NCBI GenBank assembly: GCA_965203465.1
Contig: CBDBCR010000003.1
Span: 512,001 to 576,000, forward strand
Source of the DNA: Nitrosopumilaceae archaeon
GTDB lineage: Archaea > Thermoproteota > Nitrososphaeria > Nitrososphaerales > Nitrosopumilaceae
DNA length: 64,000 bases
Direction of reading: 5' to 3'
A model generated the notes under the pieces. The model was not told the origin of the DNA and did no database searches. It was given only the letters and a program-made list of their open reading frames with translations. The stretch's first letter is position 1. The number at the start of each line of letters is the position of its first letter. Made by a program: the position numbers and the translations under genes. Positions 9,667-19,242 of the stretch are shown one piece after another.

Positions 9667-10800
9667 TTGGCAAAGTCGCTCGAAGTCGATATCAGCCCGG
9701 CGGTCATGAAATGGGTGATAGAGGACGGCGGGCTGGAGATCTCCGACGTAGCCGACAGGCTCGGGGTGCCCGAATCGGCCGTGCGCGGCTGGATGCGGGA
9801 AAGGCGCAAGATCAGCGTGGCAAAGCTGGAAAAACTCTCGGCGTACGCGAGGCGACCGCTGGCCGTGTTTCTGCTGGCGCGCCCCCCCGCCCGGCAGACG
9901 CCTACGGACTATCGCAAGCTCCCGTCGTCCAGGTCAAAAATCACGCGGGACGCGGCCTTTGCGATCAGGCTGGCGCGCTACCTGCAGGGGGCGGCCGGCG
10001 AGATGATGCGCATGCGCGGGCAAGATCTGGCGCCGGACGTGGGCCCGGGCGTCACGACCCGGCACTCGCCGGAAACGACCGCCCTGCGGGAAAGGGGCAG
10101 GCTGGGCCTGGACGCGGAGCGCGCCGCCGCTCCGGGGGACACGAGGCGCCGGTTCAACGCCCTGCGCGAGGCCGTCGAATCCCTCAACGTCTTGGTCTTT
10201 CAGCAGGGCGCGAATCTCGAGGAGATGCGCGGGCTGTCTTTGTCCGACGGCCGCCCCTGCGCCATCCTGATCAACTCGAGGGATTCGCCGGCGGCCCGCA
10301 GGTTCACGCTGATGCACGAATACGGCCACATACTGCTCAGAAAGGGCGGCATGTGCGCGGGGCCCGGCGGCGCGCCGCTGGACGCGCGGAGCGTCGAATC
10401 GTGGTGCAACCGGTTTGCTGGGTTCGCCCTCATGCCCAGGGCCGAGTTCCGCGATGAATACGAAAGGCAAAAGTCCGCGGGCGCCGACGGAGAAGGGACG
10501 ATAGCCGCGCTGTCGCGCAAGTTTGCCACCAGCAGGACGGCAGCTGCCATACACGCCCTGGATCTGGGGCTGGGCACGCAGGCAATGGTGAACCGCGCCC
10601 TGAAACACAGAGACGCGCCCACCCAGAAGAGCGGCGGAGGGCCCTCGCCGCCGGTAAAGTGCATCAGCGAGAGGGGGCGCAAGTTCGTCTCGCTCGTGCT
10701 GGAATCGAGGCGGGCCCGGACTATAAGCAGCAGGGACGCTGCCGTCTATCTGGGCACGGATCTTACACACACCAAGGCGCTGCAGGAGAGACTGTCCTAA
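9667..10800 (+). CDS. XRE-HTH + ImmA/IrrE (COG2856/DUF955) zinc metallopeptidase
   Basis: TTG start (MAKSLEVDISPAVMKW), HTH (SDVADRLGVPESAVRGWMR), RFTLMHEYGH (HExxH) and ESWCNRFAG motifs. Confidence 0.9.
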   Translation: MAKSLEVDISPAVMKWVIEDGGLEISDVADRLGVPESAVRGWMRERRKISVAKLEKLSAYARRPLAVFLLARPPARQTPTDYRKLPSSRSKITRDAAFAIRLARYLQGAAGEMMRMRGQDLAPDVGPGVTTRHSPETTALRERGRLGLDAERAAAPGDTRRRFNALREAVESLNVLVFQQGANLEEMRGLSLSDGRPCAILINSRDSPAARRFTLMHEYGHILLRKGGMCAGPGGAPLDARSVESWCNRFAGFALMPRAEFRDEYERQKSAGADGEGTIAALSRKFATSRTAAAIHALDLGLGTQAMVNRALKHRDAPTQKSGGGPSPPVKCISERGRKFVSLVLESRRARTISSRDAAVYLGTDLTHTKALQERLS

Positions 10801-10803
10801 AAA

Positions 10804-11277
10804 ATGGCGTGGACGTACGTTATAGACACCAGCGCGCTAATCGACATGGCCGATTCTTACCCCGAACCCGCATTCGGGGGAGTCTGGGAGAGGCTGAGCC
10901 GCTTGGCAGGGGCCAAGCGCGCCGTGGCGCCCCCGCAGGTGTTCGAGGAGGTGCGCCGGCCCGAGTTTCTGCGCGAATGGTGCGTCGACAACAGGACAAT
11001 GTTCCTTCCTTTCACGAGGGATGCTTGGGACATGGCGCGCCGGGTCACGCAAAAATTCCCGAAATTGGTCGAGTCCGACACGCCCGGATCGCAGGCCGAC
11101 CCGTTCATAGTCGCGCTGGCAGTCGCTCTAAAGGGATCGCTGTCAGGCAACGAGCCCCTGATAATAACGCACGAAGATCCCCACAAACTCAACAAGATTC
11201 CGTCTGTAGCCAAGTCGTTCGGGGTGGAGAGCGACCGGATGACCGGGATTTTCGACAGGGAAGGCTGGAAGTTCTGA
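10804..11277 (+). CDS. DUF4411-type PIN-domain protein (putative toxin paired with the ImmA/IrrE gene)
   Basis: YVIDTSALI, VFEEV, ADPFIVALA, IITHE, KIPSVAKSFGV, EGWKF; starts 3 nt after the ImmA/IrrE stop. Confidence 0.88.
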   Translation: MAWTYVIDTSALIDMADSYPEPAFGGVWERLSRLAGAKRAVAPPQVFEEVRRPEFLREWCVDNRTMFLPFTRDAWDMARRVTQKFPKLVESDTPGSQADPFIVALAVALKGSLSGNEPLIITHEDPHKLNKIPSVAKSFGVESDRMTGIFDREGWKF

Positions 11278-11369
11278 CTCCCGGAGGCTACCGCGCGCGC
11301 CGGAATGCGGCGATCCGGGCAGCCGGCGGAGCCCCCGACCGGCTTCCGCGCCCCCGATGCTGCCGGGCC

Positions 11370-11640
11370 TGCCCCTTGCAGATCAGTTCCAAGAGCCGGA
11401 CCGCCGCGTCCGCGTCGTCTTGGGTGCGCAGCTCGGACTTGTAGTCGCCGCTGCCAAGGCGCCTCACGCCCGAGACGTCCTTTACGAACACCGACTCGCG
11501 CACGGCGCCGCTCTTGGCATAGACGATGTCCAGCCTGTGCTTGCGGGCCACCAGCCAGCACAGCACCCGCTCCCTGCCCTCCAGAGAGGCCCCGAAGGTG
11601 CCGTACCTGCGCCTCGTCTGGAGAGGCTGCACGGCCTGCG
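11370..11640 (-). pseudogene. DUF5655-like C-terminal fragment cut by an IS66 remnant
   Basis: Minus-strand peptide RVLCWLVARKHRLDIVYA..FVKDVSGVRRLGSGDYKSELRTQDDADAAVRLLE resembles the DUF5655 'RDVS.IGH.G.GD' signature; it has no start codon of its own. Confidence 0.45.
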
Positions 11641-12481
11641 CGCCTGCCCCAACTCCGCGCTCTCGGCGCGCACGGCGCTGACCGAGCTCTTGGAAAAGCT
11701 GGCGCTGCTCGTGCGCGACTACATAATCAAGCACGCCACATACGTTCACCGCGACGAGACGCCCATCATAATCGCCGGCAAGATCGGGTACGTGTGGCTG
11801 GTCTGCTGGGGGCCGGCCGTCTTTATCGTCGTGGCCGGCAGCAGGGCGCGGGCCGTCCTGGACGTCTTTTTTTCCGGCATGCACGACATCCCGTCCATAA
11901 CCGACGAGTACGCCGCGTACGCGTACCTGCCGGTGAGGCAGTCGTGCCTGATCCACATACTGCGCCGCGCCGAGAAATGCGCCGTGCGGTCCGGCAAGTG
12001 GTCTGACCTGATCCCGTACCTGCTCCTGCTCGGCATATACTTCAACATAAAGTACATGGACACCGCGCCCCCCGAGGCCATAGCCAAACTGGAGGGGCAG
12101 GTGCGGGCGATAGCCGACATGTACGGGGAGGGCCACGAGATCAGCACCGCCCTGACGAAATCGCTGCCGACAATGTTCACTTTCCTAAAGCACCCGGGCA
12201 TGCCGCCCCACAACAACCGCGCCGAGCAGGAGCTGCACGCCGGGCCGGCCAGGGAGAGGCGGGTGCGGCGGCAGCTGAAGAACCACGGCGGAATGAGGCG
12301 CATGTCGGTCTTTTCGACGGTGTTCCGCACGGCCGAGAACCTCGGCGTCTGGCCGTCCACCGTCGTGCGGATGACGGCGCGCGACCGAAACTGGGACATG
12401 TTCGCGCACGCAGACGGCCCCGGGCCGCCCCTTGGCTCGCAGGCCCGGCGCCCGGCAGTCTTTTCGGGCGCCGCCGCTTGA
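11640..12481 (+). mobile_element. IS66-family transposase, N-terminally truncated remnant
   Basis: VHRDETP, YVWLV, ITDEYAAY, QSCLIHILR and PPHNNRAEQEL motifs within ORF 11357..12481; the zinc-finger/coiled-coil N-terminus is missing. Confidence 0.8.
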
Positions 12482-12732
12482 CCCGCATCCGCCCACGGCG
12501 CGAACGCGCGCCGCAAACAGGGGCCGTTCTCCGGCCCGGTCGCAGTTGGGCCGATCCGCCGCCGGACGGCGGATCTGAACGCCTTTTCGCCGCGCAGCGG
12601 AGCCCGAGCCCGCGCTCAACGGCGCCGCGCACGCCTAGCCGGAGCGTCCTAGGCACGTCAGTCAAATCGACCTGAGTCTACACGAACCGCGCGAGCAAAT
12701 AGATATTAAGTAGCCACGCGGTAGCAGGAAGG

Positions 12733-13137
12733 ATGCCTCAGCTACAGACGGCGATTATGGACAAGGAAGGCCGGGTGCAGATACCGAAGATTGTGATAAA
12801 ACAGCTGGGGCTGGCTGCACCCGCAACACTTGTAGTCACGCTTGAGAGGGACACGATTATGCTGAAGTTGCACGAGATGGAAGGCGCAGAACTTCACTTG
12901 CGCGATCTTTTCCAAAAACTTGAACACAAACCAGACGAAACTACAGATCCCAAAGATCGCCCGCACGCACAAAGCCTACCACAAAGTTCCAATGACGAGT
13001 TGCACCACATCATGGATCTGCTGGGCATAGACGACGACGGAGACGCGCCGGAGACCATAGTTGGTTTGATAAAAGATTATGCAACAGAGGACGAGGATTC
13101 CTTGGACATCGTCCGCTCCATCCGACATGGCGACTGA
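12733..13137 (+). CDS. AbrB/MazE-type DNA-binding antitoxin (VapB-like)
   Basis: MDKEGRVQIPKIVIKQLGL swapped-hairpin motif and acidic tail; TATA (ATATTAAG) upstream; overlaps the PIN gene. Confidence 0.8.
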   Translation: MPQLQTAIMDKEGRVQIPKIVIKQLGLAAPATLVVTLERDTIMLKLHEMEGAELHLRDLFQKLEHKPDETTDPKDRPHAQSLPQSSNDELHHIMDLLGIDDDGDAPETIVGLIKDYATEDEDSLDIVRSIRHGD

Positions 13138-13693
13138 TCCGCGCCGTGAATACTACGACACTGGTGTTTGGATCGCACGCATGCTAGAAAACGACAGGTT
13201 CTTCAGACCGTCTGAGAGACTATTCGACAGACTGAATTCAACCGACGCCACCGTGATCGTATCCTACCCTACACTGATTGAAACCGTGCATGTGTTGCGA
13301 AGGAAAACCGTCGGGATGATGGATAAGACTTTTGGGGCCGAAACTCAATTCTACGCCGAGTCGAAGTGCAAAACTGTCGTCGCTACATTCATAAGACACC
13401 TTTCAGATCTGGGAAAACGCGGTAAACTTCAATTCTATGCGCCAGAATTGACTTTGAACAAACACCACCGACAAATCATGTCAAAGATCATCACGCAGCC
13501 CGTCCGGATGAAAACTGGCTCCAAAAGATACCAATACTCGAGTCTGGGGCCTGCAGACATCGAACACGCCTATCTTGCCCGCCGGGCTAAAACATCCGAC
13601 TTTTACACCACGGACGGCTCGTTCGGCCAACTAGGCGGCGATCCAGACTTTGCCCACATGTCGTTCAACATCCTGGATCCGGGCGATGCCTGA
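13127..13693 (+). CDS. PIN-domain toxin (VapC-like)
   Basis: YYDTGVWIA, TLIETVHVL, GPADIEHAYLA, FYTTDGSF: the PIN acidic residues are present. Confidence 0.85.
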   Translation: MATDPRREYYDTGVWIARMLENDRFFRPSERLFDRLNSTDATVIVSYPTLIETVHVLRRKTVGMMDKTFGAETQFYAESKCKTVVATFIRHLSDLGKRGKLQFYAPELTLNKHHRQIMSKIITQPVRMKTGSKRYQYSSLGPADIEHAYLARRAKTSDFYTTDGSFGQLGGDPDFAHMSFNILDPGDA

Positions 13694-13710
13694 ACCGTAG
13701 AGCCGAAAAA

Positions 13711-14079
13711 TTATCTTTCCAGCTGGTAGCCTTTCAGGCCCCAGTCGCGGCTGCTGTCGGGCACGTCCCAGTCGAGCGTCTCGGAGGCGGGGATGGCGCC
13801 GAGCGGGTCGTACGCGTCGAACTTGGCGACGCTCTGCACGCCGGAGAGCAGCGCTATGCCCGAGCGGCCGGTGCCTGCCTCGACCACGGTGGCAGCGCTG
13901 CTGCCGGCGCCGCGCCCCGCCTCGGACAGAATCCTCATCATGCCGGCCGGCACGCCGTCGCCGAGGACGTGGACAGCCGAGCCCGAGACCGCGCCGGGCG
14001 GGACGCTGCCGTACAGCGTGCTGAGCGCCTCGCGCGGCGACTCTTGCGGCCCGAGGCCCGAGCGGGACGGGGCCAGCAC
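13711..14079 (-). pseudogene. Gene fragment of unknown protein
   Basis: Protein-like C-terminal segment (..SVAKFDAYDPLGAIPASETLDWDVPDSSRDWGLKGYQLER) with GC3-rich codons, abutting the duplicated block; no convincing start. Confidence 0.3.
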
Positions 14080-14700
14080 GCGCCCCCGGATCGCTTTTTC
14101 TCAAAACCCGCCCCGCGATGCCGTCCGCGCGCCCGAGATCGTAAAAGTGCGCCTGCACGGCGCGCCCCGCGGCGGCCTCGCGCATCCGGGCCAGATCCGG
14201 ATTCTGCGCGGCGGGCCCGTCCACGAATTCGCCGTACCCCGCAAGATCCTCCAACGCGTACGAGTACGTCTGCTTCCCCGAGGCGTGCACGTACCGGAAC
14301 GCGATCTTGGCCCTTTCGGACGACCGTACTCTTTCGGGCAGGCGCCTTGCCCGCTCGGTCCGGGCGGCAAAGGCCGGGCAGGAAGATTCCCGGGACCGCG
14401 CGGCGGGAAGCCGCGTGGCAGTCGCCGCCCGGGTACTGCTCAAAGATCCGCCTCGCCTCCGGCGCCGGGGCCGGGCTTTCGTCGTGCGTCCTGCGCCACG
14501 AGGCGTGGCGGCATGCCGCGCGGAACGGCGCGCCGTTGAGGCTTAAGGGCATGCCCGGCGCTCCGGTCCTGCCCGGATATTCTCCGTATTCCCCGCCGGC
14601 CGAGCCTATCCTCCAGGACGCCCCGCGCCTCTTTTCTCAGGCCGCAGCCCGCCGAGTCTTCCTTGAATCCGCCGGCCGGACCGGGGGCAGCAGAGCAGGC
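14080..14700 (-). repeat. Diverged direct repeat of ~8340-8930 (copy 2 of the decayed gene)
   Basis: Shared strings such as GGGCCAGATCCGGATT, AAAGGCCGGGCAGGAAGATTCC, GGACCGCGCGGCGGGAAGCCGCG and GCGCCGGGGCCGGGCTTTCGTCG occur in both places. Confidence 0.85.
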
Positions 14701-15397
14701 CGCAGGCTCCGTTCCTGGAGCCGGCTCGGCCGGCCGTGCGCGCTTCTGCCCCAACCGGGGCACGGCGCCCTCGATCGGGGGCGGCGCGCCGCCCCTGCGC
14801 TCGCCGTCCCTGACGGCCCCGCGCAGGCCCGAAAACGGGCCGCGCCGGATGCGGGGGCCGGCCGAGGCCGGGCGCCGTCTTGGAGCGTTCCGGCGGGTCG
14901 TCCCCGACGTACCCCTCGAGCGCGTCCGCCGCGTCCCCGGACGGGAAGTCGGGACCCCCGTATTTTCCACGGGGCCGGAGACCTCGCCGGGGCCCTTGCC
15001 GCCAGAGTCCGGACCCGCCGCCAGAGCGGCGCCTCGGATCCCGCCCGTTTTTCGCGGGGGTTTGCGGCGCGCTTTTTTCGGCGTTTCGCTCCAGTCCCGG
15101 AATCTCTGGTCCCGGAATCATTTCGCCTGCTGGCCGTGCGGGCCGGCAAGGTACCCCACATGCCGATCTCGGACGCGTCCGGGCCGATCCGCGCGGCGCG
15201 CGGTTTTCTGGATCATGGCGGCATCCTCGGGACGATCTTGCGCCCAATCCGCCCGGTCAGATCCCGCGTAGCCAGTCTAGCGGACGAATACACGCTTCCG
15301 AAAACGGCAAGGATACGCATCGAATCATGCCTGGCCTGGCCGCCCGCCTCTAATCTAGACCAAAGGGTACAAATAATGGCACGCCGATATACACGGC

Positions 15398-15628
15398 ATG
15401 GGCTTTGACGCAAGATCGGTGGTCGAGATCTATGGCCCAAATGCCGCGGATGCAATACTGCGCTGGACGAATCTGACCCGCAAAGAAGCCGAGGAAGCGG
15501 TGCTTGCCGCCGGCGGCCCGCTAGAGTACAAGACGCCGACCAAATTTCTGAGCGACAAAGAACTCAAAGAGGCCATGGCCGCCGTGCTTGCGGACGGCGA
15601 ACCGCAAGAGAGCGAGATCACCGCATAG
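15398..15628 (+). CDS. Small hypothetical protein
   Basis: 76-aa ORF with normal globular composition in otherwise R/G/P/A-biased sequence; AT-rich element upstream. Confidence 0.5.
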   Translation: MGFDARSVVEIYGPNAADAILRWTNLTRKEAEEAVLAAGGPLEYKTPTKFLSDKELKEAMAAVLADGEPQESEITA

Positions 15629-15823
15629 CCCCAAACCTCAGACTAAACGCCGATACTTTCGTTCCTGCGTCTTCCAGTGTTCTTATGTCTGGCTGCAATC
15701 GTTCTGTGAATGTGTTGTCGGTGTCAAGCATGACTTGCTTCAATACTGGCCCCTCAGTCGCATCGGTTATCCGAGTTTCGTACTCAAAACGGGTGCATGT
15801 AATATACGTCGTTTTGCCTTTCG

Positions 15824-15997
15824 CTAACCCTTGGCCGCGGTCACCTCTATTTTCCCGCGCACGATCCTGTACGTGATGCGGGAGGGGCGGCCCAGCCTCT
15901 CCGTGATGGGCTTCGGGAGGTACCCCTGGCAGCCGCGCGCCTCGTGGTAGGTGACGCTGACCGTGAACTCGGTTGCGTCCTTTTGCCACTTGGTCAT
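15824..15997 (-). CDS. Small AbrB/SpoVT-like (swapped-hairpin) protein divergent from a transposase
   Basis: MTKWQKDATEFTVSVTYHEARGCQGYLPKPITERLGRPSRITYRIVRGKIEVTAAKG; AT-rich promoter region at 16017-16050. Confidence 0.7.
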   Translation of the reverse strand: MTKWQKDATEFTVSVTYHEARGCQGYLPKPITERLGRPSRITYRIVRGKIEVTAAKG

Positions 15998-16142
15998 GTC
16001 AATTCTGGGCACGCATTTTGTTAAAAATATTTTGTTCACGTGGTTATATACCAGTCGCCCGCGCCTGAAGGCGTGAATCGTCTGCTCGCGCTCAGAAAAG
16101 GCGGATACCGGCCGCCCGCGGACGGGCGGTGCGGCACGGCCG

Positions 16143-17064
16143 GTGCTGCTATTCGGTGCGATCCTACTCGGTTCCGGGGAAAAATACACGGTGCTGAACG
16201 CGGGCGGCCCGTGGGTCTGCACGTGCCCCAAATGCGGCTCGGCCAACTCAAAAACGGACGGCGTGCGCAAGAACAAGAATTACAAGAACTGGAAATACAA
16301 GTGCCTCGCCTGCGGCAGGCACTTTTCCGCAAACGCCGGGCTCGGGGACACCGTGCTTCCCCCCGTACTCGTGGTGCGGGTGATGGAGATGGCCTCTTCC
16401 GGCATGCCGTACCCAAAGATAGCAAAGTGCCTGGCCGGAGAGGGCGTGGACGTGTGCGTAAAAACCGTGTGCAATAGTCCGCCGCTTCTCCAAAATCCTG
16501 ATCGATTACTGCGCCCGGCTGTGGCCGGCCGTGTCCGAGTTGTGGAGGACCGACGAGAAGCTGGTCATGGTGGCCGGCGGCAAACTGTACCTGCACGGCC
16601 TGATGGACGCAGGGACGCGGCTGCTCCTGTCGGTGCAGCTGACCCCCAGGAAGGGCGAGGACGACGTCGCTCCCATGTACCTGGCCGGCGCCGAGCGGGC
16701 CGGCAAGATCCCGCACCTGCCGGTCTCGGACGGGGCGCCGTCGTTCCACGCGGCGTGGGAGTCGTGCTACCGGCCCGACGGGAGGAACCAGAAATACACC
16801 GATCACGCGGCCATGATCCACATCGACGGCAACATGAACAACAACATGATGGAATCGCTGAACCGCGAGCTCGGCGGGCGCCTGCGCGGCGCGCCGTTCG
16901 TCTCGGAGCGGGCGGCCGTCGCCACGGCCGGGCGCGCCCGCCTGTTCTGCAACTTTTTCCACGGGCACTCGGGCCTCGGCGGCAGGACGCCGGCAGGGGC
17001 GGCAGGCATCGAATGCAGGCGGATCACGCTGCTGCGCAACGCGCACGCCAATGCTCCAGGATAG
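16143..17064 (+). pseudogene. IS6-like (DDE) transposase with zinc ribbon, frameshifted near 16475
   Basis: CPKCGS..KYKCLACGRHFS plus HTH in the 16143 frame; WRTDEK..LMDAGTR..VSDGAPSF..NNNMMESLN in the 16531 frame; a one-base shift joins them. Confidence 0.8.
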
Positions 17065-17248
17065 CGCCGCCCGGCGCGGGCGGCCTTTGCGGTGAATCCG
17101 CGGTTCTTTTTTGCTCTGGAAAATTCCTCGACGACGTGTATTACACGCACCCTCCCCCCGCCGCCTTCCCCCGCGGCCGCCGTGCAGGATCGGCTAAACG
17201 TCGAGTGCGGATCGGAGCCCGGCAGGGCCGCGGAGGCGGCCGCGCGCG

Positions 17249-17704
17249 TCAAGGCCGATCCGGAGCCTGCCCCGCTAGCCAGATATCCGTCTCCAGAGCC
17301 GCGTAGGGCAGGTCGTACTCGAAACGAAAGCTGCTGAGCAGATCCGTGCCGAACAGCGCAAAGGCGGATTCGTCCCCGCTGTCCGAATCCGGCCTCAGGA
17401 CCTTCATGTCGACGTTCCTCATGACAGGCTCGCCCGTCTGCTCGTCTGAAAACACCAGCAGCGTGTTCTTCATCACGTACACGTCCTGCCGTCCGCTTAT
17501 CCCCAGCACGTCGGTTGGGTGTTTTTCTAGCGACGCAAAGTCGATTCCGAGTTTTTGGGCCGCTCCCTGTAGCAGGGTCGTGTGGACGGCTCCCGTGTCT
17601 ACCAGGAAGTGGATCTGGCAGGAGTTGTATTCGCGTATCAACGGGTTGACAATCGCGCCGCTGATCCAGATCGACGTGCCCTTGACTTTCGTTGCTATTT
17701 TCAC
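17249..17704 (-). CDS. Retropepsin-like (clan AA) aspartic protease
   Basis: FLVDTGAVHT catalytic motif and LFGTDLL C-terminal motif; GTG 17704 with TTATA ~25 nt upstream. Confidence 0.8.
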   Translation of the reverse strand: MKIATKVKGTSIWISGAIVNPLIREYNSCQIHFLVDTGAVHTTLLQGAAQKLGIDFASLEKHPTDVLGISGRQDVYVMKNTLLVFSDEQTGEPVMRNVDMKVLRPDSDSGDESAFALFGTDLLSSFRFEYDLPYAALETDIWLAGQAPDRP

Positions 17705-17748
17705 GTGCGTTCCGATTGTTGCCCGCGTATAAGAGTTTGCAAACTGCG

Positions 17749-18072
17749 CTAGAACAGCAGATCCACGTCTTGCTTGTAGATGCGTTCTATGAACACGGTT
17801 CCTCTGTCGATGCCTTTTTCGTCGATCTCTTCGAGAAGCTTTGTAAAGTCCGCGTGGCTGGCGCGGACTTTTTGATCGAAGACGGCTACGTACATGTCGC
17901 CGTAGTCCCTCTTCAGAGCCTCGCTGTTGTCCGCCACCCACCCCATATCTGCACTGAATCTGGCAAGATCGCTGCGTATCTTGTCGTAGTTTTCGCCTAT
18001 CAGCTCTTTGGCCCGTTTTACGTGCGGGGACTCCGCATCGCCCAAGTAAGCCATGTCGGATTCAGAGCCCAC
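17749..18072 (-). CDS. DUF5678-like small protein (partner of the aspartic protease)
   Basis: WVADNSEALKRDYGDMYVAVFDQKVRAS..TVFIERI pattern; directly upstream of the clan AA protease. Confidence 0.7.
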   Translation of the reverse strand: MGSESDMAYLGDAESPHVKRAKELIGENYDKIRSDLARFSADMGWVADNSEALKRDYGDMYVAVFDQKVRASHADFTKLLEEIDEKGIDRGTVFIERIYKQDVDLLF

Positions 18073-18249
18073 CTGTTAGCACCGTGTAGGCTCGCACAGA
18101 GCCAGATAAAAACCTGCCGGATTCACGGGGGTTGTCGCATAATTCCCCCAGAATGACGGATTCCGTCGCATCTGGAGCCTGACGCCTGAAGGGGTAGCGC
18201 AGATCAGTTTTTCCGACAAACGGTCAATTTTTTCCAACCGCTATGCTTA

Positions 18250-19242
18250 TTGATCACGGCCAGAGCCGTCTTGCCGTTGAAACGGCAACGGCGAGACGGC
18301 TACTGGGCCGAGTACCACGAATCCTGCGCCTCAAAAAAAGATTTCGCCATCGGACACATCAAGGATCTGGTGAGGGATAACCCGCCGCCCGAGCCGGCGC
18401 GCAAGAGCGGACGCGGGCGGCCGCGGGTGTACTCTCTGGCCGAAATGGCCATCGTGTGCATCTTGATGAACTTGTTCAACCTCTCGTCCCGCAAAACCGA
18501 GAACACGGTAGAGTGGTGGGAACTGGATCTGGGCGGGCGCGTCCCGGATCATTCGACCGTCTCGAGGGCGCACGGAGATCTCGACGCGGAGTGGCTCGAA
18601 AAGATGGTGGCCCTGACCGCCGAGGCGTGCCTGAAACAAGCCGGAGTCGACAAGCACGATTCGGCGGCGGACAGCACCGGGTCCGAGACTGACAGGTACG
18701 AAGACAGCGTCAGGCTGAACAAAAAGACCGGCAAAGAGACAGTCGTGCGCGTAAAATCGTACCTAAAATGGCACGTTTTCGCGGCGGTCGGGCTGCAGGT
18801 GATCCTCGCATGCGCCATGACGCCGAGCAGCGCGGCCGACACCGACATGCTGCGGCCGCTTCTCGAAAAATCGAAAAAACCGGGGCGCAGCTTCGCCGGC
18901 TGGTGGTTCCACGCCGACAAGGGACACGACTCGGACCGGAACTGCGAGGCCGTCTTCGGCACGGGCATGCGCCCCAACATCGATCGGAGAAAGAGCAGGG
19001 AGAACGGCGGCAACAGGCGCAACGCCGGCAAGCGGTTCAGGCGCAGGGCCGCCGAGATGTTCGATCCGGTGCGCCACGAGGATCGCAAGATGATCGAGGG
19101 GATATTCGGCGCGGAGGGGAGCGACAACCACCGCCTGCTGTGCAGGTACAGAAAAAAAGAGACGCAGGAGAGGTTCGGCCTGCTGCTCGCCATAGCGTGG
19201 AACGTGTGCGCGCTGAACCGGATCCGGTGCGCCGCCGAGTAG
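18250..19242 (+). mobile_element. IS5/IS4-superfamily (DDE_Tnp_1) transposase
   Basis: GRPRVY, VPDHSTVSR, AADSTG, YLKWH, ADKGHDS and RKMIEGIFG motifs. Confidence 0.85.

Noticed and set aside
14700-15350. Attempt to define integron-like attC repeats in the GC-rich spacers between TA cassettes
   Set aside because: The spacers share composition and frequent GATCC words, but I could not find a conserved repeat, and no integrase is present.
15618-15823. Protein-like minus-strand segment downstream of the small AbrB-like gene
   Set aside because: No start codon of its own after the upstream stop and no recognisable motif.
18120-18215. tRNA-like GGGGTAGCGCAG and a possible IS terminal repeat GGGGTTGTCGCA
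   Set aside because: No T-arm or acceptor stem for a tRNA, and no matching inverted copy found downstream of the transposase.
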